From assembly GCF_004010195.1 (NCBI RefSeq), contig NW_025215212.1, positions 1-64,000 of the forward strand: 64,000 bases of DNA, in the 5' to 3' direction. The first letter of the stretch is position 1, and each line of letters begins with the position of its first letter. Below, one piece after another: positions 50,776 through 63,500 of this stretch. A program made the position numbers and the translations under genes. Source of the stretch: Chiloscyllium plagiosum (lineage: Eukaryota). The notes under the pieces are model-generated. The model ran no database searches and was not told the origin of the DNA. It worked only from the letters and a program-made list of their open reading frames with translations.

Positions 50776-51409
50776 AGTCTGAGGTTATGACACAGATTGA
50801 GGTCAATGGTTCCTGTCTTCCCAGTATTTCGGTGCAGGAATGTGCTTCAGTGGGATTTGTGATCTTATACAACAATTTGGAGGCAGAGAAATGTCAAGAG
50901 TGTGAAGAAATAAATGCACAAACATGTGCAAACAGCAGGGAGCAGGGTACGATATTATTATTGATATACGGCAGACAATGTATCACTTTGAATTACTGGT
51001 CAGAAGCTACCAGAGTTGGCAATTTGAGAGTGCTGAGGGAAGTGTCCTTATTCCAGGGTTGCAGTGGAATGAACTTGGCTCAGGTGGGAGAGGAGAATGT
51101 GGGGAGAATCCAAGGAACAACTTTGCATTCTCAGTGAAACGTAAGTGTTAGCAGGAAGCTGAACTCCAGACTGGGAATGTGAATGAGGTTCGGAGAGATG
51201 AGTAAGAGCAGGCGTGGGAAATACACTCAGCGCAAAGGCTGGGAGTAGGAAGCAAAGAAATATCTTGGTGAGGAATCTGGGCAGACACTTGGGCAGACAG
51301 GACAGAGGGTATGGGCCTGAAAACAAGTCGAGGTGCTCAAGGGGAAAAGACAATCTTTTAGTTTTGCTTTTTTTATTTTGTTTTTTACTTTGCAGACAAA
51401 AAAAGGGGA

Positions 51410-51888
51410 GGGCAGGCACAATGGCTCAGTGGTTAGCACTGCTGCCTCACAGCACCAGGGACCCGGGTTTGACTCCAGCCTTTGGAGACTGTGCAACTCC
51501 CCACAGACATTCCCCCCGTGTCTGTGTGGGTTTCCTCCGGGTGCTCCGTTTTCCTCCCACAGTCCAAAGATGGGCAGGTTAGGTGAATTCCTGATGAAGA
51601 AGGGCTTTTGCCCAAAACATCGATTTCCCTGCTCCTCGGATGTTGTCTGACCTGCCGTGATTTTCCAGCACCACTCTAATCTCGACTCTGGTTTCCAGCA
51701 TCTGCAGTCCTTGTTTTTACCAGGTTAGGTGGATTGGCCGTGCTAAATTGCCCATAGTGTTAGATGCATTAGTCAGGGGTAAATGTAGAGTAATAGGGGA
51801 ATGGGTTTGGGTGGGATACTCTTCAGAGGATCAGTGTGGACTTGTTGGGCCGAAGGGCCTGTTTCCACACTGTAGGCATTCTATGATT
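51410..51888 (+). mobile_element. HE1-like SINE interrupted by a PLE-type insertion with 11-bp TSD
   Basis: CAGGTTAGGTG at 51575-51585 and 51721-51731 flanks an insert with a degenerate hammerhead. Confidence 0.85.
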
Positions 51889-52227
51889 GTGCCAGAGGAG
51901 TAGGAAGATTTAGAGGTAAGAGCTACATCACACCAGGGTAAGTTTGTAAAGGGTAAGTGGTGAAGATGTGGCCCTGAAGGGGAATTGTAACATCATGCTT
52001 CAGTCAATTCTTTATTAAGGCTGAAATTTCAGTGTTATTACCAATCAGTGAGAGAGCTGAGTAACAAGTTACTCTGTGAACCCCTCCTCTAACCACCTCC
52101 CCTCCCAAACCAGCCCCCACCAAACACTCAAACTCTTCCCTTGCTCCTGCTCCTGAGAAGCTTCATGGAGTATGTTCCTTGTCTCAGTTTGGAAGATGTC
52201 AATGACCTGTGTGTACTGTTCCCACAG

Positions 52228-52313
52228 AGACAAGCCTGGAATCTAAAGGCTCCACGGACATTCAGGCCAGAAGGAATATTCTGATAAAAACAGTGGAAAC
52301 AAGGGATGGACAG
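52228..52313 (+). CDS. GFAP: GFAP exon 8 (86 nt)
   Basis: CCCACAG| (E)TSLESKGSTDIQARRNILIKTVETRDGQ |GTTAGT; includes the type III RDG motif. Confidence 0.95.
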
Positions 52314-53231
52314 GTTAGTAACGCTGAGGAAACACTCTGTAGACATACAACTGGCATTGTCTACTTGGTAGGCCACACCTCTGTCCAGTGCTGGCCCAGC
52401 AACCAATCCACGCCAATCCAAGCCAATCCTGAACCCAATCCCACAGCCAGTCCCACAGTTTAATCTAGAGTGCTGAGGCTTGTACTGCCAGGCATGAAGT
52501 CCAACACTGACACAGGCTTTTTCACGTATTAGTCTGTGCTAAACCTAAAAACCTGACCTTCCAAAATCCCTGTAAACCCAAAAGTAACATCTTCACAAAC
52601 ACAATATTTCACAAACTGAAAGCAAGTTGAAAGACTTGAATTTCGAGAGCACCTCTCCTGATCTCTGGTCCAAAGTCCTGCACAGTCAGTGGAGTATTTT
52701 TGTAATCATTATTCACTGTAAGAAATACTGCAACCAATGTGCACAGAAAAAGATCCCACTAAGGGTTTGGTGAAACAAACAAGGCAGTTTTAATGATTTC
52801 TAGTTGAGGGATACTTATTGGATGGGAAATAGGGGGGAATCTATCCAGCTCTTTTTGTTAATCGTGGCTGTGGGATCATTTACACTGACCTGAGAGGGTA
52901 CAGAGGATATTACTTCAGCACCAGCATGTCCAACTGCCCTGGACTCCACCTGTTTGGCCCCAGCTACAAAAACTCGTTCAAGGCAGACAGACAAACCCTA
53001 TACTGTCCAAAGCTGTGGACCTCGTTGTGTGGCAGGGCTGACACTAGGAGACTCTCTTATTGCTGAGAAAGCCCATTTCCGTTCTGTTCACCATCATAGG
53101 TGCAGCCTGTGGTTTGATTTTGCCGATTAAAAGACAGTTTTCTTGATGAAAAAAGACTTGAGATGACATTTAAATCTAATATTTAGGAAAATGTCATCCC
53201 CTGATTTACTTTTTTTTCTGTCTCTCCGCAG

Positions 53232-53273
53232 GTAATCAATGAGACCAGTGCAGAACGCAAGGAGATGCCATGA
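53232..53273 (+). CDS. GFAP: GFAP exon 9 coding part (42 nt including stop)
   Basis: Long polypyrimidine tract plus CGCAG| VINETSAERKEMP*; compare human VIKESKQEHKDVM*. Confidence 0.92.
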   Translation, partial: VINETSAERKEMP

Positions 53274-54085
53274 GGGGATTAGGTCTGGCCTAGTGGAGTG
53301 AGCAGCCTCGTGGTAAATGTAGAGTGGGCTGCTGTAGCCGTTTCTGGAGTAGGTAACAGAAAGTAGGAAGTGGGATCCTGGGATAGTGTAGCACTTCGAC
53401 AGTAAAAGTGGACAAAACTTCATTAAGATACACATTTAACAAACTTAAGCTTGAAAAGTATTGTATTTACAACTATGAGGAAGTTGACTTGACTTAACTT
53501 GGGGTGGTTTAGATGGAATCTCTAGTATTGTAACAGTCAGCGTTTCAAGTTTCTTCTCATCCTTAACAATTGTAAACAGCTCGATTTACCTGAATATTGT
53601 GTTTGCTACTGGCATTACTTTAGAATTTTGATTTTTAAAAATGAGAAAAGACCCTCAGTCCCAGTACCACACAGTGACTGAGGTGAAGTCCTGTACACAG
53701 AGTGAGGGAATACTCACCATCTCCTTTTTCGATATATAATTAAAGTTTTAACTTTTGATTTTGATCCAGCCTCTCACTGGTTAAATAGTAGGATTAACAA
53801 ACCAGCACCCTTCACTATCCGGTGATAGTTTGGGACCAAGCTTATGTGCAAGAACAACAGACAGCAGCACAAATTAATTCTGACAACTGAATCTCCTACT
53901 CGGATCAAATTGATGTCTGCATGTGACAGCACCTTTTTTCACTAAACACTGAGGTTTTTTTTTCCGAACTTGCGTGACTCCAGTAATAAGCTAACTGCCT
54001 TCTGTGTGAAGCCTCTTTGTGGCTGTCTTTTGTGCTCACTGCCTCTGTCTAAAAAGCTCTTTGCTTTTTCTAATGCAAAGGTAAC

Positions 54086-54091
54086 AATAAA
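54086..54091 (+). terminator. Probable GFAP polyadenylation signal
   Basis: First canonical AATAAA I found after the stop codon (about 0.8 kb of repeat-free 3' UTR), with T-rich sequence downstream. Confidence 0.6.
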
Positions 54092-55404
54092 AGGCTTTTA
54101 AATCATTGGAGTTTTTCAATTCATCAGCTAACTGCGTATCTGGGTCGGATTGATTATGGGTGACTATTTTGGGTTCATGGATTCTTGGATTCATTGGTTT
54201 AATTCCTGATCTCCCTCAATTGCAGTGCTCAGGTTTGTACTCAGAGAAGCTGCCTCACCCTATCACATTTCCAATTACAGATAACATTTCTCACCTATAA
54301 ATAACGTCAACTTATTTATTCCTGAGGAAATGCTGTTGGTTACTGATGGATCTGTTAAGGGTGTTGTTTTTCAGTGGCTCCCTCAGAGTTCCATGTTGGA
54401 CAATCTCTCTCAAAACTGGCTTTCTCCCTGATAGTGTTACAGCTTTTTGTCCTGTCTCTGTCGATTGGTCTCTGGTCTTTCTCTTCCATATTGCCTTGCT
54501 AAGTCTTTCTGTCTGGACTCTTATCCAATGAATTCTTATCCCTCTCTGTCTCCAATCATCTTCAAACCTGTGCTGATCATTCCCTGATCAGGTTTCCCTT
54601 GACCAATCTGCCGAACGTGAAGCTCCTTAAACCCACTGTTGTTCAATTCCCTATTCCCAAGTCTTTCAAGTTGCTTTTCCGTTTACATTTGGTTTTTCCC
54701 TTCCTACAGCAAACATGTTTGCACTGTGGTATGTTTGATAACGTTTAATAGAATCTTCCATAATCCCACTACTTCTGTTTAAATTATGCCCTGTTTCTAG
54801 GTTTATCCCACTTTATTAAAAATGTCTCTTGGTGGTATAATAGTTAAATGGTAAAACCTTTCTTAACAGCCTAATGCTCATCGAATCATTGAATCCTTAC
54901 AGTGTGGAAGCAACCCATTGAGTCCACGCCAACCCTCTGAAAACCATCCCATCCAGACCCATACCTTGACCCTATCCTTGTAACCCTGCATTTCCCATGG
55001 CTAATCCACCTTGCCTGCACAGCCCATTTAACAACTCAAATTCACAAGGTAGTTCCTCTTTGTGGCCTGGCTAGTTTGAGGTTATACCCAATTTGTGCCA
55101 CATACCATTTCTAGTACCATATCTGTGGATTTATAAATCCTCTACCACTTTGGTCTGTCGGTGTGTTTCATTGCTCAGTGCTGCAATGTTTAAAACTGAC
55201 CAGGTATTTGTTAAAGTGCAATGTAAGATTAGGGAGTGGTGGTGAATTCTTTGTGATGTTGGTATGTCAAATCACAAACTGCTTTCTCTAGATCACTTTA
55301 ATCATTAATAACGCAACTAGCTGAATATGTATTAAAAACTGATGTAGACCTTGCCTCCAGCAAGTCACATTCCATGAGTGCAGATTATGATATCCACCAT
55401 AACA

Positions 55405-55697
55405 AAACTCTGGTGCGGCCGCACTTGGAGTATTGTGTACAGTTCTGGTCACCGCATTATAGGAGGATGTGGAAGCTTTGGAAAGGGTTCATGGGGGATT
55501 TACTAGGATGTTGTCTGGTATAGAGGGAAGGTCTTACGAGGAAAGGCTGAGGGACTTGTGGCTGTTTTTGTTAGAGAGAAGAAGGTGACTTAATAGAGAC
55601 ATATAAGATAATCAGAGGGTTAGATAGAGTGGACAGGGAGAGCCTTTTTCCAAGTATGGTGACGGTGAGCACGANNNNCTATGTTCTATATTCTATA
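55405..55697 (+). mobile_element. CR1 3' fragment
   Basis: AAAACTCTGGTGCGGCCGCACTTGGAGTATTGTGTACAGTTCTGG (KTLVRPHLEYCVQFW). Confidence 0.85.
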
Positions 55698-55851
55698 ACA
55701 TAAGAAACAAGGCATGGGAAATGTGGTATTGAACGATCCAACCGATGTAAATTACAGCTGAGTATTGCATACAATTATCACATTCACAAACACAACTGTC
55801 AGGCCCACGTTAAGCTATCCTGTTCCAAACAGCAGCACACTTCCATCAATG

Positions 55852-56070
55852 TCGAAGAGTGTGTTGCTGGAAAAGCGCAGCCATTCAGGCAGCATCCGAG
55901 GAGCAGGAGAATTGATGTTTCAGACATAAACCCATCGATTCTCCTGTCTTGGTCAAGGGCTTATGCCTGAAACGTCGACTCTCCTGCTCCTCGGATGCTG
56001 CCTGACCTGCTGTGCTTTTCCAGCACCACACTCTTTGACTCTGACTCTCCAGCATCTGCAGTGCTCACTT
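55852..56070. mobile_element. Palindromic PLE-type short insertion
   Basis: Inverted arms GTGTTGCTGGAAAAGCGCAG... / ...CTGTGCTTTTCCAGCACCAC; hammerhead core truncated. Confidence 0.7.
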
Positions 56071-56811
56071 CCGTCAATGTGCCATGTCTCATACTCCCCA
56101 GCAAACTGACATCTGATACATTAATATCCTAAATGCACATGCTATGTCACAGTTAGAATACCATTGGTGAGGTGATCATGACATGTGACTTAACAAGGTT
56201 GAGTCCGAAACTAGAGGGCATAGGCTTCAGGTGAGAAGAAAAAGGGACCCAAAGGGGCAACCTTTTCACACAGAGGGTGGTGTGTGTGTGGAATGAGCTG
56301 CCAGAAGAGGTAGTAAGGCTAGTACAATTACAGCATTTAAAAGGTTTCTGGATGGGGACATGAATTGGAAGGGTTTAGAAGTAGATGGGGTCAAATGGGA
56401 CTAGATTAGTTTAGGATATCTAATCAGCTTGGACGGGTTGGACTGAAGGGTCTGTTTCTGTGCTGTACATCTCTATGACTCGATAAGATCAGCTTCATTT
56501 CAAGTAAATAAAATTATCCAGCTGTCTTTGGGGAGTCCACAATTTGTAATGATGTGGAGACGCCGGTGTTGGACTGAGGTGGACAAAGTTAAAAATCACC
56601 CAACACCAGGTTATAGTCCAACAGATTTATTTGGAAGCGCTAGCTTTTGGTGGACTATGGCCTGGTGTTGTGTGACGTTTAACTTTGTACACAATCTGTA
56701 AGGTCTTCCCTTCACAGAGTGCCTTCACACAGAAAGAATTACTCAACAAGGTGCAGTTAGGATTCTGTTCCAAATCTTAAAATATTTCTCCATTGCCAGT
56801 TGCAATGAAAC

Positions 56812-57099
56812 ACTCACAGCGCCAGGGATCCAGGTTCAATTCCCGCCTCAGGTGACTGACTGTGTGGAGTTTGCACGTTCTCCCCGTGTCTGCGTGGGTT
56901 TCCTCCGGGTGCTCCGGTTTCCTCCCACAGTCCAAAGATGTGCAGGTGAATTGGCCATGCTAAATTGCCCGTAGTGTTAGGTGTGTTTAGTCAGGGGTAA
57001 TTGTAGGGGAATGGGTCTGGGTGGGTTGCGCTTCGGCGGGTCGGTGTGGACTTGCTGGGCTCAAGGGCCTGTTTCCACACTGTAAGTAATCTAATCTAA
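56812..57099 (+). mobile_element. HE1-like SINE (5' clipped)
   Basis: CTCACAGCGCCAGGGATCCAGGTTCAATTCCC ... TAATCTAATCTAA. Confidence 0.85.
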
Positions 57100-57938
57100 A
57101 CTCACAACTAAGGGACTCTTGTGCAGTGGTAGTGTCCCAGGAGGCGCGAGTTCAAGTCCCACCCATTCCAGGGGTGTGTAATAACATTTCTGAACAAGTT
57201 GATTTGAAATGATCAACATTCAAAGCTGGCTCAGTTCAGTGGAAGGGGAGTGCATGTTTCTGTTGGCCAGGGTGGTGGTGGTGGGGGGGGGGGGAGGCGG
57301 GGAGCCTTTGTGAAATGAGTTTATAGCAGACCATTCCACAGTACTGCCCTTTGACGAGCATGAAAGTTCATTGGAATGTCTCCTCTTCCTGGCAGTAACA
57401 TCGAAGAGCAAGAGCCAGCTCCCAGTTCCACATCAGCACAAATAAACATTCAGCACAGACTGGAAAAGCAGAAACTATACCAATACTCAGCCAGCTGTAG
57501 AAATGGAAATGGAATTAGCAGCTTGAGTTAATGTTGTCTAATCAGCTCCGATGCAGAGTCACCACTGTGAAACATTAACTCCATTTATCTCTCAACAGAT
57601 GTCTCCTGACCTGCTGAATATTTCCATCTTTATTCTGAGCTTTATATATTACACGGGAATTCCACACTAATTCCAAATTGAACCCATTTGAAACCATCCA
57701 ACTAAGGTGTGTTTCATTCACAAAATGGTCCTGCAGTTAAACAGTGAAATCAGTGATCCCAGCCGTGTCATCAGCATCACAATTTTACGATGGAGCAGGA
57801 GGGAGAGAAGATTCAGGCCCTCAAGCCTGTTCTAGCATTCAATGAGATTGTGGCAGATCTGAATTTAACTCCAGTTTTCTGCCTTTGTAAAAGGATGACA
57901 ATATTAATCCTGGATAGGAAAGGTTTAGAAGGATATGG

Positions 57939-58088
57939 GCTGAAAATGTGTTGCTGATTCCTGAAGAAGGGCTTATGCCCGAAACATCGATTCTCCTGTT
58001 CCCTGGATGCTGCCTGACCTGCTGCGCTTTTCCAGCAACACATTTTCAGCTCTGATCTCCAGCATCTGCAGCCCTCACTTTCTCCTCC
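57939..58088 (+). mobile_element. PLE-type short insertion with 14-bp TSD inside a CR1 tail
   Basis: TTAGAAGGATATGG at 57925-57938 and 58089-58102; core CTGAAGA...GAAACATC from 57961. Confidence 0.8.
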
Positions 58089-59211
58089 TTAGAAGGATAT
58101 GGACCAAGTGCAGGGAAATGGGGTTAGAGTGGGTGGACATTTTGGCCAACATAGACCAGTTTGGGTCAAAGGGCCTGTCTCTGTGCTGTCGGACTCTATA
58201 ACTCAACACAAACCTAGTGACCTTATTTTTGAATTTTATACTTGAACTTCACATTTAATGGTTTTCTTCAGTTTTCTGTGGGATGTGAGTGTGACTGGCT
58301 GGATCAATGTTTATTGCCCTGGACAAGGTGGTGGTGAACTGTCTCCTTGCACCACTGCATTGTGGGTACACAGAGATTGAGCCATTAGGGAGGGACTTCC
58401 AGCACTTGGACCCAATGGCAGTGGAGAAACAACGATGTATTTCCTTGTCAGGAGAAAGTATCTGATGTTCACTCCTCCTTGTGTGAAGAAAGCCTTCCTG
58501 ATGTCACTCCAAATGATTTAACTCGAACTTTAAGCTTAAACCACCTTGTTCTGGAGTCTATGTTGTGAGATTTCTCTCCATTTAAATTATCTCAGAACCT
58601 TAAACAGTTCAATTAGTTCAACCCTTAAACATTAATCGTCATCTGTGTGCAGCCATGGCCAAAAGGTTATGACATTGGGTCAGTCTTCCATTGGCGTCTC
58701 CTGTCTATAGTTAAATCCAATACTTCTTGTCCTGCCTGGTTTGAAACGGTGCGTGCGGAGTTAATGGGGAATGAGTCACATGGATCCTGTCCATCACCTT
58801 CCTGTATCGCATCCTGGCCTGGTTTCTTGGCCAGGCTTGCTACTGCCTGCCAGGGGCTGGAGAAGGTGGCAGGTGCCAAGTCAACCTCATGTGTTATGGA
58901 ACTTGTGCCCATGCTGTTGGTGTCATTCTTACCCAGATGGTAGTCATCAGGCCAAGCGTGTTAACTAGCTCCCAACCTTTAACAGGCAAAGGACTAACGG
59001 CTCTGTGTGTATCACTGTGGTGCCAGCTCTGGTCCTTTCTCACCTGAGCACAGGGATGGAGGAGCTTTGTCTAAAATAGTTCAACAGATTGTAGCGGTAA
59101 CAACTTGTTGTGAGAATAAAATCTGTGCCAAAGAATTGGTAAGGAGCGAAAGAATAACATTTATCCGTTTGAGCAACTGAAGCCTGTCTGAATAAAAAAA
59201 ACTTCTCTATT

Positions 59212-59388
59212 GGTCAAGATTAGAGTGGTGCTGGAAAAGCACAGCAGCGTCCGAGGAGCAGGAAAATCGATGTTCCGGGCAAAAGCAATGAAGGGATTTT
59301 CCTGCTCCTCGGATGCTGCTGTGCTTTTCCAGCACCACTCTAAGCTAGACTCTGATCTCCAGCATTTGCAGGCCTCACTTTCGCCTCT
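59212..59388. mobile_element. Palindromic PLE-type short insertion
   Basis: TTAGAGTGGTGCTGGAAAAGCACAGCAGC / GCTGCTGTGCTTTTCCAGCACCACTCTAA inverted arms. Confidence 0.75.
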
Positions 59389-60262
59389 TCTCTGTTGGTG
59401 CCCTACCTCCATGTAGCAGCTGGTGATGAAGCCTGGCTTCTAAGGCTTCCGACCTAGTGTCAGCTCCCAGACGGCACTGTTCGACCGTCCATTTGTCACA
59501 GTGTTTGGGCCATTCCTACAGCCCCTGACAACATAGTGGAACCCAGGCCCTTATTCTCCCTTCCAACCCTCCTCCCTGCTCCTGCATGGTGGCTTTAATG
59601 TTTGAAGGTAACATCTGGAAATAGGAACTGAGCCCATGCTCACCTTGGGTAATCTACAGGAGAAAGTGAGGATGGCAGATGCTGGATGATGTATAACCCA
59701 CTATCACCCTCCCTATTCAATCGCAGACTCCACCAATCAGGGTGTCTGAAGTAATTTCTTCCTCCCAAAGGAAATTCTGCAAAATCTTTGAACGCCTGTT
59801 CAACCATCTAAATTATGTTGGGCATTGGCAACCAATTGCCTCCTTTGACCAGGAACTACAGTGTCTGCAGCTGGAACAGCCACAAGACCCAGTTCTTGCA
59901 GCCATTGTCAAAATGACCTCACCACTGGAGGCCTTTCTGCCCGTCAAGCCTGTGCTGGTCCAAGCTCTTCAATTCAAGCTGCCCATCCACAGCCCACTTC
60001 CTTTCTTATTCCCTGTGCCTTTTCACATCCTCACTGCTGATCTAAGTCCCTTTTATATGCTGAGGTAAAGTTGGTGATCAGTACAGAAAACAGTCCAATT
60101 TTCCATCCATTGAAAGTGAGGTGAAAATTGGGAGCTATCTATAATAGATATCCTGCTCTCCACTTTAATTCATCACCCAGGTGGGAAACTGAAAACCTAC
60201 CTAATTCTCTGCTTTGAAAGACAGACTTGGTGCATTTCCTAAAGTTTTCGTTACCTGAGGCT

Positions 60263-60515
60263 GGGAGAAAGTGAGGACTGAAGATGCTGGAGGTCAGAGT
60301 CAAGAGTGTGTTGCTGGAAGAGCGCAGCAGGTCAGGCAGCATCCGAGGAGCAGGAGAAGGGCATAAGCCCTTCATCAGGAATGTTGCAGGGGAAAGGGGG
60401 CTGAGAGATAAATGGGGTGGGGGGAGGGTAGGTGGGATGGCGATAGGTGGGCGAAGATAGGAGGTGATGGTGAAAGGTCAGTGGGAAGTGTGGTGCAGGT
60501 GGGTGGGAAGGTAAG
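60263..60515 (-). mobile_element. PLE-type 3' fragment
   Basis: Reverse complement of the same tail family as 49374-49598; the hammerhead GAAAC segment is deleted. Confidence 0.7.
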
Positions 60516-61404
60516 TCAGGTGCCCAGTCTGCACCGTCTAGTTGCTGATGCATGAGCCAATGGATCCCATCTTTTACACCCTCAGCTCTCAAAGCAGTTT
60601 GGAATTCTGAGAGCCTCGATTAGATTCCATGCTAACCGTCTGTACAGCAGGGGAGGGGAGGGAGCTCGAATCCCGGGCTTTCAATCCCGGCATCATCTAG
60701 TGAGTCCTCATTGGCTGCTTCCCACAGCTATCGCTGACCAGACCTGACCACCATACCTCAGGGAGAGTCCAAACGTTGAGTCAAAGAGTCATTCAGCACA
60801 GAAAAGGCCCTACAGCCCATCAAGTCTGCACTATCTTGCACTGAGAACCTTAGAAATCTACATGACAGGGGAAGGCCATTCAGCCCCATGCCCATGCTGT
60901 ACGCCCATTGCCCTGTAGCTTCTAGTGCTCCAAAATATTCATTCCATTTTCCTTTCACAAATCTAATTGTCTCTGCTCCCCAAAGCAGTCCAGTAGTTGT
61001 CAGACTTTTGGCACTCAGACGTACAATTATTTGACTTTCAAGAGCCTCATAGAACATAAAATGTTACAGTGCAGTACAGACGTAGCGCTGACCTGTGAAA
61101 TTAATCTGACACCCAGCTAACCTACTCTGTTCCATTATTGTGTGTGTCCAATGCCCATTTAAATCTCCTTAATGTTGGTGAGTCTACTACCGCTGCAGGC
61201 AGGCAGTTCCACACGCCGACTACTCTCTGAGTGAAGAAACTACCCCTGACATCTGTCCTAAATCTATCACCCCTCAATTTAAAGCTATGTTCCCTCATGT
61301 TAGCCTCATTCTACCTCCACCTCAATGCTTGCACTCCATGGACATAACAGGGCAGTGCAGCCTGGCAGCTTGCACTGGCAATCGATCAGCCAAGGGAGTG
61401 GGAT

Positions 61405-61795
61405 ATGCACAAACACAGACAGTCAGGCACATATACACACACACGCACGCGTGCCCACACATACGCACAAACACAGTCAGACATATATACACACACGTGC
61501 ACACAGACACACACATGCACACACACACGCACACATTCAGACATACATACACACGCACGCGTGCCCACACATAGGCACAAACACAGACAGACACATATAC
61601 ACACACATGCACGCATGCACACACATACGTACAAACACAGTCAGATACATATACACACATGCGCACGCGTGCACACACACACGCACGCACACAGACACAC
61701 ACACAGACAGACATGCACACACAGACAGACACGCACACAGACACGCACGCACAGACAGATACGCACACACACACAGACCGCACACACACACAGAC
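61405..61795 (+). repeat. (CA)-rich compound microsatellite with higher-order repeats
   Basis: Direct reading; recurring ACAAACACAGTCAGACATATACAC motif. Confidence 0.95.
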
Positions 61796-62469
61796 CGGGA
61801 TGGGGGTGGGGGTGGGGGTGGGGGCGTCTTCTCACATTAACCAGTGAAATCTTCAGCAGTTCCTCATTGACTGCAGTGTATGTGCAGATGCCCTGAGGCC
61901 CTGGAGGGTGCACCAACAATGCAAGACTCTCATTTCACTTTCTTTATCACAAAAGAACAGCATGTTATTGCATTTCATTAATGGCTTCCTGTAACTTTCC
62001 CCGATATTCACCTCGTGGTGGGGCAGACGCACATCACTGACAGTGCTCAGGAAGCAAACTATTAAGTTTGTTCCTGGATCCTGGGGAGGGGGAGGTAAGG
62101 TACAATTGAGGGATGCAGCAATAGGAAGGTTGGGGGATGATCCACTCCTTCCCTATCCTCAAACCCTCTTTTCCACTCCCCTCCTGCTCTCACTCACCTG
62201 CTGCTGCTGGTCCTCCACAGAAGGAGGTGAGGCTGGGGTCTCAGTGGCCCTCCAGCCTGCAGGCTAGACTAGGCCCAGTCACCAGGATGAAGGGGCACCT
62301 CTTCATTTCACCATCACTGACATTAGTGACACCCTCAGCACTTCCACACCTCGCAGTGTTCTGATCGCAGCTCATGGCAATCCTGGACACGTGAGATCCG
62401 AGAACAAAATCTGATCGATCATCTGCTTCATTTTTGCAGCGGTTTGATGAGGAGGTCAGTGACAAAAAT

Positions 62470-62930
62470 ACTGACAAAGCTCGACACCATCCAAGAACAA
62501 AGCAGCCGCTTGATTGGCACCACATCCACAAACACCCACTCCCTCTATCACCCACGCTCAGTGGCAGCAGGGTGTACCATCTACAAGGTGCACTGCAGAA
62601 ATTCACCAAAGGTGCTCAGACAGCACCTTTCAAACCCACCACCACTTCCATCTAAAAGGACAAGGGCAGCAGATACATGGGAACACCACCCTCTGCGAGT
62701 TACCCTCCGAGCCCTCACCATCCTGACTTGGAAATGTATCGCTGTTCCTCCACTGTCGCTGGGTCAAAATCCTGGGATTCTTTCCCTAAGGGGCAATGTG
62801 GGTCAAAGCACAGCACATGGACGGCAGCGGTTCAAGAAGGCAGCTCACCCCCACCTTCTCAAGGGGCATCTAGGGATGGGGCAATAAACACTGGGCCCAG
62901 CCAGGGACACCCACATTTCATAAATGAAGA
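62470..62930 (+). mobile_element. CR1-clade LINE 3' fragment (same family as 22975-25212)
   Basis: KLDTIQEQSSRLIG...HSLYHPRSVAAGCTIYKVHC; 3' UTR similar to 24800-25210. Confidence 0.8.
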
Positions 62931-62954
62931 AGAAGAAAGATCAATATGATCAAA

Positions 62955-63500
62955 GTTTGTGAGAAGATTTGTAGCTCGGGTGCTCGTCGAGCTCCCGAGA
63001 ACATCTCAGAACTGACAGCCAGACTACTGCGACCACTAGGACTTATAACAGCACACAAACCAACAGCCACCCTCAGACAACAACTCACCAAAACGAAGGA
63101 CCCGAAACCCAGCATGAGCAAAACTAATGTAGTGTACAAAATCCCATGCAAGGACTGCACAAAACACTATATAGGACAAACAGGAAGACAGCTAACGATC
63201 CGCAGCCACGAACACCAACTAGCCACGAAACGACATGACCAGCTATCCCTAGTAGCCACACACGCAGACAACAAGCAACATGAATTNNNNNNNNNNNNNN
63301 NNNNNNNNNNNNNNNNNNNNNNNNNNNNNNNNNNNNNNNNNNNNNNNNNNNNNNNNNNNNNNNNNNNNNNNNNNNNNNNNNNNNNNNNNNNNNNNNNNNN
63401 NNNNNNNNNNNNNNGATGTCACCTAGACAGGGGACGAAACGTTTGCAACAAAAACTTGCAACAAAAACTTCCAGCTCGGCAAACAGAACCACAGCAAGAT
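62955..63500 (+). mobile_element. Penelope-like element 3' part (GIY-YIG), spanning a 128-N gap (63287-63414)
   Basis: ISELTARLLRPLGLITAHKPTATLRQQLTKTKDP...KTNVVYKIPCKDCTKHYIGQTGRQLTIRSHEH. Confidence 0.9.

Noticed and set aside
8164..53273. Vimentin, desmin or peripherin as the gene identity
   Set aside because: [38 protein letters not shown] and the LQIRETSL tail fit GFAP best by eye.
61287..61919. His/Thr-rich and Cys/Val-rich ORFs
   Set aside because: Translations of the CA/TG microsatellite.
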